DNA of 64,000 bases from Octopus sinensis (taxonomy: Eukaryota). Each line of letters starts with the position of its first letter. The first letter of the stretch is position 1. A program made the position numbers and the translations under genes. Of this stretch, positions 10,351 to 23,740 are shown piece after piece. Under the pieces are notes generated by a model, which made no database searches, was not told the origin of the DNA, and was given only the letters and a program-made list of their open reading frames with translations. The stretch spans positions 82,088,001 through 82,152,000 of the forward strand of contig NC_043001.1 of assembly GCF_006345805.1 (NCBI RefSeq), written 5' to 3'.

Positions 10351-11789
10351 CAATAGTTAATAGAATAGAAGTTAAAAATTTGTTCTCTCTGTGCGGCGCG
10401 GTACCAAACGATCCGCGACCCGGTGGTTGAGGATTCCTACTCCAAAGGCGGAGAGACAACCAAATCCCTCGATAAATTTGTTTCGACACATTAAAATTTG
10501 ACATAAACCCACTCTAAACTGATAATCTTTGCTCGAAATCCTTTAATCTAAAAAGCACAATTGTTTGTTTGTATGTTTTTAGAAAAAGACATACTTTCTG
10601 AATCGTTACTCTATATTCTACTGGGTCAACTTGCAATATCATAAGCCACACGATTCCTTGTCTTACATTCTAGCACCACACTTATCACATGTTTTGCATA
10701 CGAAGCCCAGAGACACAATTTTTTTAGATAAACAATCGTGGTTAGGATCATAATTATACGCTGTACACCGCCATTACATTTGTCCAAATTATTTCTGTAG
10801 ATTTTTTCTCTACAAAACTTTTAATCTTATATTTCAGTTTCTTTCACTCTCTTGTGCTTTTTTTTTTCTTTTTACCTATCATTCTTTTTCTTTCTTTTTC
10901 TTTTGTTTTTGCATTCTTATTTCTTTGTCCTTTTTATTTTCTTATGATATTTTCTTTCTATAATTTTCTACCATTCACTGCAATCTTATTTCTCATAATC
11001 ACTTGATTTTTTCTCGTCTTTCTTGCATATTTTCTCATCTTTTTCTTTTACAGTCTCATTTTTCTAATTCTTCCATTTTGTTTTGGTATTTTCTTACTGT
11101 GGTGTTATGTTAACTTTTCCAGTCTCATTTTCTCTTTTGTTTTCACTGTCTTCTGATGTGAATTTTCGTCTATGTATCTCTAACGCTGATGACTGTTTTC
11201 TAAAAATCTTTTAGTCAAGAGAGAAGACAATTCTCATGAACCATTTACAGAGGGCCTCCGAAACTTGTGGTTGAGATGGAAGGCAGAAAGTATTCTCAGG
11301 ATGGAGGAGACCTGACCCGAATGCTTACAACAGAGTGGACTCGACTAGACGTACCCAAGGTGCTACCTGATGGTGTTAAACCGGGCGACAGGTTAAGTAT
11401 ACAGCTTAAGATCATGGTAGGATTTGAATTCAGAACGCTAAGAGTCGGAACAAGAAATACCATGAAGCATTCTAACGTCCGACATTTTAACGACCTCACA
11501 AAGTCACTACTTTGACTGTGGGAAAGAGATCAACGTAGTTGTCAGTTAGACTCCTCTATTCAATAATGCTATTTTCCTTTTCGTAAGCGTTCGACTGCTC
11601 TCGGTAAACCGACGAACAATAATTTAACCGCCATTTTTACAATGAACCTAAATTGCTACAATGATATGGCAACCAATTCAAACGTTAACACCGCACGTTC
11701 AATATCTACTCGTCTATGCTTAATATTAATGTTTTGGGCTGCTAAGAATAAAAATAAAACGAAAATGGTTTCTTAACGGAGAGAACGGC

Positions 11790-12635
11790 AACTGATATTG
11801 TATTCTAATTTTGGCAGAAAACCAGCAAGTTCATGAGAAGGAACAAATCGATTACGATGACCCCAGTGCAAAATTGGTACTTATCTTATCAATCCTGAAA
11901 GGGATGAAAATCAAAGTCGACCTCGGCAGAATTTGAACCCAAAACGTAAAGACGGAAGAAATACCTATTTCTTTACTACCCACAAGGGGCTAAACACAGA
12001 GAGGACAAACAAGGACAGACAAACAGATTAAGTCGATCATATCGACCCCAGTGCGTAACTGGTACTTATTTAATCGATCCCGAAAGGATGAAAGGCAAAG
12101 TCGACCTCGGCGGAATTTGAACTCAGAACGTAGCGGCAGACTAAATACGGCTACGCATTTCGCCTGGTATGCTAACGATTCTGCCAGCTCACCGCCCTCA
12201 GTACAGTTAGTTATTGGTTTCAAACATTGGCACAAGTTCAGCAATTTCGGGAGAGGGTGTAAGTCGATAACATCAACCCCAGTGCTAAACCAGTACTTAC
12301 TTCATCGACCCCAAAAGTGATGAAAAGCAAAGACCGCCTCGGCGGAATTTGAATTCAGAACGTAAAAACGGACGAAATGCATTTTTTCCGGAGTGCTAAC
12401 GATTCTTATTTCTTTATTGCCCACAAGAAGCTAAATATAGAGGGGTAAACAAGGACAGATAAAGGGATTAAGTCGATTACGTCGACATCAGTGCGTAACT
12501 GGTACTTAATTTATCGACCCCGAAAGGATGAAAGGCAAAGTCGACCTCGGCGGAATTTGAACTCAGAACGTAACGGCAGACGAAATGCCGGTAGGCATTT
12601 CGCCCGGCGTGCTAACGAATTTGCCAGCTTGCTGC
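11790..12635 (-). mobile_element. Tandem cluster of four family A SINE bodies
   Basis: Repeated gtcgacctcggc(a/g)gaatttgaa motif at ~11915, 12100, 12330, 12540. Confidence 0.9.
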
Positions 12636-13092
12636 CTTCAGTACGGCAACTAATATTTCCATCAAGAAAGTGTGATAATACACTAAACAAGCAATTATCA
12701 TCGCTCATGTTTATTTAGCGATGAAATCTATCAAAGAGATAAGTTCATTTGATTTTGTTAATGATTTTACAATGAGTTTAGCAAAATACTCTTAACTTTA
12801 CAGCTTACTTTAGACAGCTTCTTCGCGAAGATTATGGTAATTGCCATTGTCATTAATCAAAAGTAATAAGTCTCTAAACAAATAATTACCGTTTCTCATT
12901 GTTAAATGTTATCTGCTAAAAATTGAAAAGACGGTGCCGTTCTGCGTTACTGTTTCCTTCCTCTGCCATTCATTTCCATTTTTATGGCTTTCTTTTATCC
13001 TCGTTCCCGACTTGAACGCTAACTCCTTCCTCTTTCTAACTTCGTGATAAATTGGTAGATAGCCAAATTAAAGTTTATATGTAGTTAAATGT

Positions 13093-13402
13093 GGAGGCGC
13101 AATGGCCCAGTGGTTAGGGCAGCGGATTCGCGGTCGTAGGATCGCAGTTTCGATTCCCAGACCGGGCGTTGTGAGTGTTTATTGAGCGAAAACACCTTAA
13201 AGCTCCATGAGGCTCCGGCAGGGTGTGGTGGCGATCCCTTCTGTACTCTTTCGCCACAACTTTCTCTCACTCTTTCTTCTGTTAGCCTGCTCGCTTAGCC
13301 AGCGGGGTGGCGTCATTGAAGGCTGAAACAATGCGAAGCGTATTGTGACCAGCGATGTGTTGCAACATCTGATAGCCTGGTCGGTCACGTATCACGGTGA
13401 TG
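13093..13402 (+). mobile_element. SINE family C (tRNA-like head), short-tail variant
   Basis: ggaggcgcaatggcccagtggttagggcagcgg...gtttcgattcccagaccggg (A/B-box-like); tail also found inverted at 28078-28167. Confidence 0.85.
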
Positions 13403-13429
13403 TAGTAAAATATTCATGCTTGTACAAGA

Positions 13430-13870
13430 AGAAAGATAACTCAATATTTCGTCACAAGGCCGGCAATTTCAAGAGAAGGAATAAATCGATTACATTGACC
13501 CCAGTAATAGACCAGTGCTTCTTTTATTGACCCCGAAAGGGATGAAAGGCAAAGTGGACCTCGGCGGCATTTGAACTCAGAACGCAAAAACGGACGAAAT
13601 GCCTCTAGGCATTTTGCCCGGCGTGCTAACCATTCATATTTCTTTATTGCCCACAGGGGGCTAAATATAGAGGGGACAAACAAGAACAGACAAAGGTATT
13701 AAGTCGATTACATCGACCCCAGTGCATAACCGGTACTTAATTTATCGACCCCGAAAGGATGAAAGGCAAAGTCGACCTCGGCGGAATTTGAACTCAGAAC
13801 GTAAAGACAGACGAAATACCGCTAAGCATTTCGCCTGGCGTGCTAACCATTCTGTCAGCTCGCTGCCTTA
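13430..13870 (-). mobile_element. Two family A SINE copies in tandem
   Basis: Central motif at ~13530-13590 and ~13745-13800. Confidence 0.9.
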
Positions 13871-14039
13871 TTCTCAGAAAATATTCTAACGCTACTGAAC
13901 TTTTAGTTGTCCAAACGCAGTAAGGCAAATAGATTTGTAAGTTACTAAGGTTTCCACTTGGGGAGGGAATAATATAAAAAAGTAAAATTATGTCCTCTGG
14001 ACATTACTGTGTCAAGCCTTAGGATTCAGAGTACTGGTT

Positions 14040-14250
14040 ATTCGGTTTCCATGTCGTATCTAAGTGACCGAGGTTAGGCTATTCTCTTGGACGGTACGCC
14101 AGTTAGTCGCAAGGTTACGCATTTGCAGAAAACTGAAGTGGGGCAACGTAAATGAAGTATTTTGCTCAAGAACATAAGGCATCGCCCAGTTCCGGAATCG
14201 AAACCACGATGTTGTGATTGTGAATACAACATTCTTACCACTAGGCCACA
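14040..14250 (-). mobile_element. Diverged tRNA-derived SINE (family D-like)
   Basis: gcaacgtaaatgaagtatttgctcaagaaca...ggaatcgaaaccacgat...accactaggccac is the reverse complement of the head seen at 33053. Confidence 0.6.
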
Positions 14251-14499
14251 CACTTTTACGCCAGGTTGGGTGGGACAGTTTTCTCCCTATTTTTCTTGCT
14301 ATAACCAGATTAACCCGCTACGATCAAGCGAAACTTTTAAATGAATTTATGTTTTTCCTGTATTTTTTTATCATTCTTGTTTTATAAGTAAAGTCAGTCT
14401 TCATTTTCTATCACACGTCACGCTTTTCTAATCATGTAATATTAATTGCACAGTGTAACAAATTTTTTATTATTTATTTTTTTTTGTATCTTTGGTCAG

Positions 14500-14738
14500 T
14501 ATGTGTTATTTTCAATTTGATTCTACCTAGAAATCAAAGGAAATGACTACCATTCCCTTCAAACTTTGCTTCTGTGACCTAGACATCAATGTTTTGAAAC
14601 TGACCTATTTTCCATTATAATTCAGACATTCAGCGCTGAGTTGCTTAGCAGAAATATCGTTATAGCAATTATTCTGCTCACTACCACAGATTTACTTGTC
14701 AGTTGCTTGACCTTAACCATTTGAGCTGGTCCCTAAGT
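14500..14738 (+). repeat. Dispersed repeat related to family E; further copies at 47515-48055
   Basis: ctagaaatcaaaggaaatgact...attctgctca.taccacagattt.cttgtcagttg.ttgaccttaacc is shared with 47525, 47730 and the reverse complement of 41680-41745. Confidence 0.75.
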
Positions 14739-14739
14739 G

Positions 14740-14855
14740 CAGTGGTTCTCAACCGGGGGCCATATGACCCCTGAGGATCTATATAAGACTTTTGGGCTCC
14801 ATGTAACATAATAGTAAAATGAGGATCCACAATAGTGTTTTAAAGGCCCCTGAAA
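14740..14855 (+). mobile_element. hAT-like MITE fragment (single TIR)
   Basis: Starts with cagtggttctcaacc, the same TIR type as the element at 19407; no matching right TIR seen. Confidence 0.5.
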
Positions 14856-15084
14856 AAATATATATCTTTTTCTTTCTCTCTCTCTATCTATCTGTCTGTC
14901 TCTTTTTATTTTCACTTTATCTCTTACTTCAACAAGTTTTTTAATCACATAATTCTCCTCTTCTCATCGCAAACATTTATATCACTTTCTCGTCATCTCA
15001 CATTTCCACTAACCGCATGAATAATAGCGCTATGCACCGGCTAGCTAACCGTTGTCAAATTCACTCCACTCCTTTTCTCTTACC

Positions 15085-15316
15085 TGTTTCTTTACTACCA
15101 ACAAGGGGCTAAACACAGAGAGGACAAACAAGGACAGACAAACGGATTAAGTCGATTATATCGACCCCAGTGCGTAACTAGTACTTATTTAATCGACTCC
15201 GAAAGGATGAAAGGCAAAGTCCACCTCGGCGGAATTTGAACTCAGAACGTTGCGGCAGACGAAATACTGCTAAGCATTTCGCCCGGCGTGCTAACGTTAC
15301 TGCCAGCTCGCCGCCT
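15085..15316 (-). mobile_element. Near full-length family A SINE
   Basis: Complete tail, central domain and head (gctaacgttactgccagctcgccgcc). Confidence 0.9.
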
Positions 15317-15733
15317 TTTTACTCCCTTTCTCTTACCGTCACACTCATTTTTCCTCTCTCGCTCTCCTTTTCCTTTTGCCACTCTCTCCCCACCTTTCTC
15401 ACTCACTCCACCTCCTCATCTCTCTAACAAACTAAAGCGTAACGTGTGAACGAACGAACAAACAGAATTATAATATAAATATTCTTCTTAAGGCAGCCGA
15501 ACAAAATGCTGAAGCAAATTTCGTCCGTCTTTATGTTCTGAGTTCAAATTTCGCCAAGGTCGATTTTGCCTAACATTTTGAATAGATATTGCTATACGTA
15601 TAAATACATCACACACACACATGTATGTATACATATACATATATATATGCATATGTACACAAATACATGTGTGCACATATATATATAAAAATATGTGTGT
15701 ATGTATATACACGTTGTATATATATATACATAC

Positions 15734-15764
<31 letters not shown>

Positions 15765-16129
15765 ATATATTATATATATGTGTGTGGTGTGTGTGTGTGT
15801 GTGGTGTAGGTGTGTATATGGGTATGTATGCACACACGAACACACGCATATATATATATATAATATAAGCTGTAGTAAATTTAGAAACAAAAACAAGATT
15901 TTGTATGTAAGTACGTAAGTATGTGTTTGAAATATTTTCATGTGTACAAGTCCCTCGTGGTTAACGAGCTATCCCCGTGCACCTGTTCCTATATAAGGAA
16001 GGAATAAAATGCAATTTCATCTCAGCATGTATGTTAGTGTGTATGAGTGTGTGTGTACATTGGTGTGTATAGAGTTGTATTGCTGCGTATAAGACAAAAG
16101 CTGGAACGAAGCAGCGTCAACAGTAACAT

Positions 16130-16240
16130 TGACAACGTCATCTACAACCACGACAACATCATCTACAACTACGACAAGATCATCATCATCATCATCATCA
16201 TCTTCATCATCATCATCATCATCATCATCATCGTCATTAT

Positions 16241-16271
<31 letters not shown>

Positions 16272-17840
16272 AGCAGCACCGTCATCATCATCTTCATCAT
16301 CGTTATCATCGGCAATACCATCTTTATTATCAACGGCATTATGATCATAATCTTCATCATTATTACCATCATCACCATCCCCATAATCACCATCATCACC
16401 GTCATCCCAATCATCATCATCATCATCATCATCATTCATCACCCCACCACCACCACCACCACCCCTCCACCACCTCCTCCTCCTCCTCCTCCTCATCCTC
16501 ATCATCATCATCATCACCACCAACAACAACACTACCACCACCACCACCATCCTCCTCCTCCTCCTCCTCACCATCATCATCGACATCAAAATCATAACCA
16601 TTATCAAACAAACAAGATTATCAACATGAGCAAAATCGTCGTGAATATCATCAAGGTATCATCATCATCATCATCATCATCAACAACAACAACTACAACA
16701 ACAACAACAACAACAACAACACCAACAACAATAATTGTTGCTACAGCCACAATTCTAACTTCAATAACAACAACAATAACAACTATGACCAAGACCGCTC
16801 AACCTGCTAGAAACAACTGTCAAAACTGCCTCGAACTCTTTCCCATCGTTTTTGTACACAATACCCGAAAATATTAGGCGGTGTGGTCATTGGTGGAATT
16901 CTTTTGGTCATAAGTCTGTGAGATTAGGACAAAGCAACAACAGCAACAATAATAGTCACAAGACCATAATGATAGCAACAACAGCAGCAGCAGCAACTGT
17001 AGCTGCAGGAACGACAGCAGCAGCAATAGCATCAGAAAGAACAGCAGCAGCAACAGCAGTAGCAGCGATAACAACAACAATAACAACAACGACAGCAAGC
17101 ACAGCAGCCGGCATCAACAACAGCAGCAACAAGAGCAGTAGTCGGCAGCAACAACAGCAGCAAGTAACAACAACAGCAGCCGGCAATAACAACCGCAGCA
17201 GCAGCCGGCAACAACAACAAAAATAACAGCAGCAACAACAACAGCGGCCGGCAACAACAGCAGCAGCAGCCAGCAACAACAGCAGCAGCCGGCAAGAAGA
17301 ACAGCAGTAACAATAACAGCAGCCGGCAACAACTGCAACAGCAGCAGCGGCCAGCATCAACAACAGCGGCAGCAGCAGCCAGCAGCAACAACAACAACAG
17401 CAGCAGCAACAACAGCAGCAGCCGGCAATAAGAACAGCAGTAACAGCAACAGCGGCCGGCAACAACAACAGCAGCAGCAACAGCAGCAGCAACAACAACA
17501 ACAGCCTGCAACAACAGCATCACCCGGCAGCAACAACAGCAGCAACAGCAGCCGGCAACAACAACAGCAGCAGCATGACATCCACAGCAACAAGAACAGC
17601 AGTATCAAAAACACTTGAAGTAACGGCTACAGCAGCAGCGGCAGCAGCAGCAGCAGCAGAAAAAGGCAGCCACAGCAACGATAATAACAACAATAACAGC
17701 AGCGGCGATAGCAGCAGCGACTGTAGCAGCAACAGCAGCAGCAGAAGCAACAACAGAAATAACAGCAACAACAGCAGCAGCAACAGTATCATCAGTAGCA
17801 GCAGCAACAACAGCAGCGGTAGCAGCAACAGCAGCAGAGG
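16130..17840. repeat. Compound trinucleotide microsatellite (CAT/CAC/CCT, then CAA/CAG)
   Basis: Directly visible; explains all poly-amino-acid ORFs here. Confidence 0.97.
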
Positions 17841-18345
17841 GGAGGCGCAATGGTCCACTGGTTAGGGCAGCGGACTTGCGGTCGTAAGAACGCGGTTTCG
17901 ATTCCAAGACCGGGCATTGTGAGTGTTTATTGAGCAAAAATACCTAAGCTCCACGAGGCCCCGGCGGGGGGGGGGGCGCAGGGGTGAACCCCGCTGTACT
18001 CTTTCACCACAACTTTCTCTTACTCTTTCTTCCTACTTCTGCCACAAAGCAGAGGAACCATGGTGTAATACACTATGGTTTGGTAAACTTTCAAACCCTA
18101 GTCTAGATTGAGAATCCTTTGTACCCCTGGATGATTCAGCCCTCCACCCGTTAAAAGCCACCGTTTACGGAATGAGGATAACAACTTAGCTTTCGCGCCC
18201 GTGCAACCGCCAGTCTATCGCGTGTGGTGGCTGGTTCTTCAAGTTGCCACACGCAATCTTAGCAGCTTAGAGTAGGCTCGAATTAGAGATTATTCTTTGT
18301 GGTTAATGGTGTGAGTACTGATTGGAAGAAGTAGAAGAAGACAGC
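17841..18345 (+). mobile_element. SINE family C, long-tail variant (~500 bp)
   Basis: Same head as 13093; tail gccacaaagcagagga...taggctcgaattagagattattctttgtgg matches the inverted copy at 56610-57122. Confidence 0.88.
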
Positions 18346-18358
18346 AGCAGAAACTGTA

Positions 18359-18389
<31 letters not shown>

Positions 18390-18688
18390 CAACAGCGGTA
18401 GAAGCAACAGTAGCAACAACAACAATAACAACAGCAACAACAGCTACAGAAGCAACAAAGAATCAACGTCAATTACAGTCACAACAGCAACAGCGAGACG
18501 ATAGAGAAAGTGAAAGTATAAAAAATAAAAGAGGGAAAAATAAATGTTTTTTTCTTTTGGTTTTTGTTTGTTTATGTATATCAATTGAATCTGATCATTT
18601 TTTTCACGTCCTAAGTCGCAAATAGTATTCAAGAATCCATTTTTTTTTGCTTGCTTCAGTGGCACATATATACGCTAATATATATGTA

Positions 18689-18878
18689 GGCGTAGGAGTG
18701 GCTATGTGGTAAGTAGCTTGCTTAACAAACACATGGTTCCGGGTTCAGTCCCACTGCGTGGCACCTTGGGCAAGTGTCTTCTACTATAGCCTCGGGCCGA
18801 CCAAAGCCTTGTGAGTGGATTTGGTAGACAGAAACTGAAAGAAGCCATTCGTATATATGTATATATATACGTATATTA

Positions 18879-18927
<49 letters not shown>

Positions 18928-18971
18928 ATATATATATATTATATATAGATAGATATATATATATATATATA

Positions 18972-19047
<76 letters not shown>

Positions 19048-19215
19048 ATGTGGTGTGTTTACGTCCCCGTAACTTAGCAGTTCGGCAAAAGAGATCGATA
19101 GAATAAGTACTAGGCTTACAAAGAATAAGTCCTGGGATCGATTTGCTCGACTAAAGGCGGTGCTCCAGCATGACCACAGTCATATGACTGAAACAAGTAA
19201 AAAAGTAAAAGAAAA
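18689..19215 (+). mobile_element. Full-length family B SINE with internal (TA)n expansion
   Basis: Head ggagtggct.tgtggtaagtagcttgctt...gggttcagtcccactgcgtggcaccttgggcaagtgtcttctactatagcc, then (TA)n, then the body seen at 1-215. Confidence 0.9.
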
Positions 19216-19224
19216 GAGTAAAGA

Positions 19225-19400
19225 TTCAGTAATGTGGTGAGTTGGCAGAATCATTAGCACGCCGGGTGAAATACTTCGCGGTATTTCGTCCGTCTTTACG
19301 TTTTTGGGGGGTCAAATGCCACCGAGGTCGACTTTACCCAGGATCCTTTTGGGATTGATAAAATAAGTATCTGTTGAACACTGGGATCGATGTAACCGAC
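19225..19400 (+). mobile_element. Diverged family A SINE
   Basis: ggtgagttggcagaatcattagcacgccggg...gccaccgaggtcgacttt. Confidence 0.8.
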
Positions 19401-19406
19401 TCAGAC

Positions 19407-19609
19407 CTGTGGTTCCCAACCCGGGGTCCGCCACACCTGGTAGTCCACAAAGGTAGTACTGGGGGTCCGTGAACAAAATTCAAAATTTCATATATATATA
19501 TATATATATAAGTATAAGCAGATTAAAAGGGGTCCGTGGGAAAACTCATTTAAATAAAAGGCCTGGGAACCATTGTTGGGAACCATTGTGAAAAGGTTGG
19601 GAACCACTG
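19407..19609 (+). mobile_element. hAT-superfamily MITE with TIRs and degenerate 8-bp TSD
   Basis: TIRs ctgtggttcccaacc / ggttgggaaccactg; flanks actcagac (19399-19406) and acttagat (19610-19617), 6/8 identical. Confidence 0.85.
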
Positions 19610-19879
19610 ACTTAGATCCTCGCACGAAATTGCTGGTCTTCTACCAAAATTTGAAACCAAAGTGTGTATTCAGTTACATATGCAGACTTATACACACGTA
19701 CACACATTTATTCAATTAATGTATGTATTAATAAAATTACACGAAGACTTACTTCTAACCCACACGCACACCTGTATCTTTACTCACATTACTATGTGTT
19801 TATAAATACATATGTATACTTATCTAAATTTCTTATTGGTTTCAGCCAGTGGCTGTGGTCATCCTGAGGTACCACCATT

Positions 19880-20140
19880 TACTATGTATGTATGTATGTA
19901 TGTATGTATGTATGTATGTATGTATGTATGTATGTATGTATGTATGTATGTGTATGTATGTATGCATGCATGTATGTATGTATGTATGTATGCATGCATG
20001 CATGTATGTATGTATGTATGTATGATGTATGTTTGTATGTATGTATGTATGTTTGTATGTATGTATGTATGTATGTATGTATGTATGTATGTATGTATGT
20101 ATGTATATGCAGGTATGTATGTATGTGTATGTGTTTGTAT
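19880..20140. repeat. (TATG)n tetranucleotide microsatellite
   Basis: Directly visible. Confidence 0.97.
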
Positions 20141-20539
20141 TTGTGAGTGTGAGTACGTATGTACGCATATTTAATAAACATACGTTAGCAATGGCGAAAA
20201 GATAACGTGAAACAAGAATAACATCAACCATGTTCCACCACCACTACCACCACCACCACCACCACCACCGCCACCACCACCACCACCACCACTACCACCA
20301 CTACCATCACCTCATCTTTCTTCTTTTACTGGAGTTTCTACTAATGATAACGTTTTCTTTATTAGTCACAAGGGTTCGAAGAGCTACAGAAAAAATATAA
20401 GATAGCGTTAAACCAGAAGCTTACAAAAATGTGTAGGGTGAGACGGAGAAATTGTACAAACATGAGGGGTGGAGATGAAAGACATACGATACGTAGTTGG
20501 ACAAATCAAAAATAAGACACAAACGTTGACACAATAATT

Positions 20540-21300
20540 AAAACAAGATATTTATATTTTTTACTTGTGTCATTATTTTTACCGATAATGAGGACGGTGT
20601 AGTCTCATTTGCCGATTCATGAGTTGTGACTGTTGTCGCCCTAGAACCGACATCCTCTGCGATTTGCTGTTGGTGCCTTTGTTCTGCCCTTTTAGATTTT
20701 TGTACAGAAAGTTTTAAGATGGCTTTTGCTGCCACATATGTAATAGCTAGGTTGTCTATCTTACACGTTGAACTTTGAGATTTTCTCCTCGGCACCTTCT
20801 ATATATACAGTCCTGATATTGTTTTGCGGTCTTGCTGGATCATGAGAACATGCACGTCATTGGTGGTCCCGCTTGGCTACATATTGCCGAAGGTTACATA
20901 TCTACAGTTCAAGTATCCATATTGTGTCACGAAAGTGATTGCTAGCTTGTCACCGATGTCCTTGAAGGTGATTCTTTTGTTCTTCCTTTCTAAATACTCC
21001 AGAGCAAACGCAGATGTATTGTGTAGTATTTGGTTTTCAGCTTTTGTCCCAGCTTCTGTTTTAAAGATGACACATGTAAAACATATATATTTTATTTCAT
21101 TTACACTCGTTATATTGTCTCCAACTCGTACTTTGATGAAAAGTAAGCCTTCTGTGTTCTTGACAAGGCAGAGATAAGCTACTTTTCTTCTCTTATCTGT
21201 CTTTAAAGGACTGGTGTCAGTCCGATATACAAGATATTTGCAAGATTTCGATCTTCCAGCAAAGTGCTCCATATCGAGAACTTTTTGTTTAGCAAGGAAA
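20540..21300 (-). pseudogene. Degenerate gag-like / LINE ORF1-like sequence with zinc knuckle
   Basis: Minus strand 20745-20704 encodes Y-YI-C-GSKS-H-LKTF-C (CX2CX4HX4C spacing, first Cys to Tyr), downstream of a 131-aa open stretch (20877-21272). Confidence 0.55.
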
Positions 21301-21729
21301 AAATATTGCGACGGACAGCCTTGGTACGTGCATTTTATACTGTTGTTGTGGCTGCCAAATTGGTTGTTTATTATGCTATATTTTCCTATTGAAGTGATAT
21401 ATTTCTGTTTCTGTTATGCTTGTGTGTTCATTAATATGTTTTTTGTTTACAATATGTTTTCTTTTGTTTAGTAGTTGTTTTGCATTGTTTACTATAATCT
21501 GAGAGACGGATCCGAAGAAAGAGAAGGCCAATTCTACATTAGCATTACACTGTTGATTAAAATGAATATATTAACAAAATAACCGACTTTTTTTGGAAGG
21601 ACTACTCTTACTAGTGAAGACATTACAGAAGATTTATCAAGCATCCCTGTGTGAAATAAAATCGAAATTGAAAATTACTTTTTCCTGTTATACATGTAAA
21701 GCATCAAGCAGACCTGGAGTAAGATTTTA

Positions 21730-22082
21730 TTCACGCATTGCAAAATGTAAACGGAACAACTACGATGAATTGAAGTGGGAAATACGCAAGTTTTGGGCAA
21801 TGAAGAGAGTGGACGTGATACCAATAGTGATTTTTCCGCCTAGAAGTATCAACACTCAACTACCAACACGACTCAAAAAGATTGGTACAAATGTAAAGAT
21901 AGAACAGCGACAAAAAAAGTCAGCATTGCTTGGAACTGCAAGAGTTCTCCACAGGGTTCTTGAAGCATGATCAGTAAATAAATGCCACCTTAGTCTGCTG
22001 GCTGTGGGCAGCTGACATTTTCCATTCATATACAGCAAAATAAGCTGAGAGTTTTCATCAATAATAATAACAACAACAGCAA

Positions 22083-22129
<47 letters not shown>

Positions 22130-22152
22130 ATAATAATAATAATAATAATAAT
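21730..22152 (+). mobile_element. 3' end of an RLE-type (R4/Dong-like) non-LTR retrotransposon with AAT/ACT tail
   Basis: YDELKWEIRKFWAMKRVDVIPIVI...KIEQRQKKSALLGTARVLHRVLEA* resembles the C-terminus of restriction-like endonuclease ORFs; trinucleotide tail at 22060-22152. Confidence 0.8.
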
Positions 22153-22159
22153 CATCTTT

Positions 22160-22370
22160 TCTACGAAAAGTACAAGGCCTGGAATTTTGGGAGAGGAGAC
22201 TAGTCGGCTACACCGACCCCATTGTTTCACCGGTAATTAATTTATCGACTCCGACAGGGTGAAAGGCAAAGTCGACCCCAGCGGAATTTGAATTCAGAAC
22301 GTAGCGACAGGCGAAATACTACTAAGCATTTCGTCCCGCGTGCTAACAATTCAGCCAGCTCGCCACCTTT
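22160..22370 (-). mobile_element. Family A SINE
   Basis: gaaaggcaaagtcgaccccagcggaatttgaattcagaacg...gctaacaattcagccagctcgccacc. Confidence 0.85.
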
Positions 22371-22770
22371 GAAATTGAACCCAACTTGATATGCTATCAA
22401 GGTCGCTGTTCACAAGTCTTTATCAACAAGACCACTAGGACACCAACACAATAACAATAATAATGATGATAATAATAATAATAATAATAACAATAACACC
22501 AACAACAACAACAACAATGATAATAATAGTAATGCCAAAAAAAAAAAACTGATATGGTCCCTCTTTTGCCTTGTTGGAAGCCTTGAATCAGCATTTCTTT
22601 TAAAAGAAACTATAAACCACTCGGAGGCTTTTTTTTTTGCAGTATTACTTCTCAAAAGATGGTTTGAAAAGTATTCTTATGCGGAAGGAAGGAAGAAAGT
22701 TCATGTTTTATATCGATGTTATAATAATTGAATTGAAAATAGGTTCGGAACACAGCTTCTGGGTAAACGT

Positions 22771-22804
<34 letters not shown>

Positions 22805-23444
22805 GAGATAGGAATAAATACTTAACGAAGCACTTTTATAATTAGACGATTTTAGATATGTTGTTATAGCTTACAGTATTGAAGTCAGACATCAAGGTCT
22901 GACCTTTGTTAATATAACTTAAGGGTTTTCATTTTACATTGATGTATTGAAATAATACAGAGTTTAATCAGTGTGAAAATTTAGTAACCTGGAGCTTAAG
23001 CTATGTTTGAGTTGGCTTCTGAAATGAAATAGATAAATGTCTAGATATCATAACCTTTGATGTATGTGATCAGTTTTTCTTTTTGCGCAATACGGCTAGC
23101 TTAGGGATAGAAGGAACAAGCCTCTGTTAAACATATCTAGCGTAAAGAGCCATTGAATCAGATTCTACGTCAGGGCTTCTCAAGGTTCTTTTTTGTGCTG
23201 TTTTGTTTTAATATCACTTGCTTCCTTTTACCAACGAGCTCTTTATTGTTTTTTTTTAATCATTTGTTGCAGTCATTATATTGCGGCCATGCTGCAGCAT
23301 TGTATCAAAGAGTTTAGTCGAGCAAATCACCCCCAGAAATTATTTTTTTTAAAGTCTGGTACTTATTCTATCGGTCTCTTTTGCTGAACCACTAAATTAT
23401 GTTGGTAGAGGATAGATACATGAGCACACACACACACACATGCG

Positions 23445-23740
23445 ATCGTGAGGTTGTGAGCTCGAATCCCGGACCAGGCTGCGTGTTGTGTTCTTGAGAA
23501 AGACACTTTATTTCACGTTGCTCCAGTTCACTCAGCTGTAGAAATGAGTTGCGACATCACAGGTGCCAAGCTGTATCGGCTTTTGCCTTTCCCTTGGATA
23601 ATACTGGTGGCGTGGAGAGGAGAGACCGGTATGCATGGGCGACTGCCGGTCTTCCATAAATAACCTTGTCCGGACTTGTGCCTAGGAGGGTAACTTTCTA
23701 GGTGCAATCCCATGGTTAGTCATGACCGAAGGGGGGTGTC
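23445..23740 (+). mobile_element. SINE family D (tRNA-like head, CORE-like centre); second copy at 33935-34262
   Basis: gagctcgaatcccggacc...ttcttgagaaagacactttatttcacgttgctccag...ggtgccaagc.gtatc...tttcccttggataat...gcaatcccatggt shared by both copies. Confidence 0.8.

Noticed and set aside
11267-11515. 82-aa ORF with protein-like composition
   Set aside because: GTG start, and the minus strand of ~11410-11490 is a decayed family A SINE head; no recognisable domain.
13093-13165. tRNA gene
   Set aside because: A/B-box-like head without a complete cloverleaf, running into a SINE body; same for the other heads.
16017-17937. Long ORFs (up to 276 aa) rich in poly-I/S/T/Q/L/C
   Set aside because: They are translations of trinucleotide microsatellites, open in many frames on both strands, with no domain or splice evidence. 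The same applies to 28151-28580, 36348-36894, 45630-45992 and 58132-59916.
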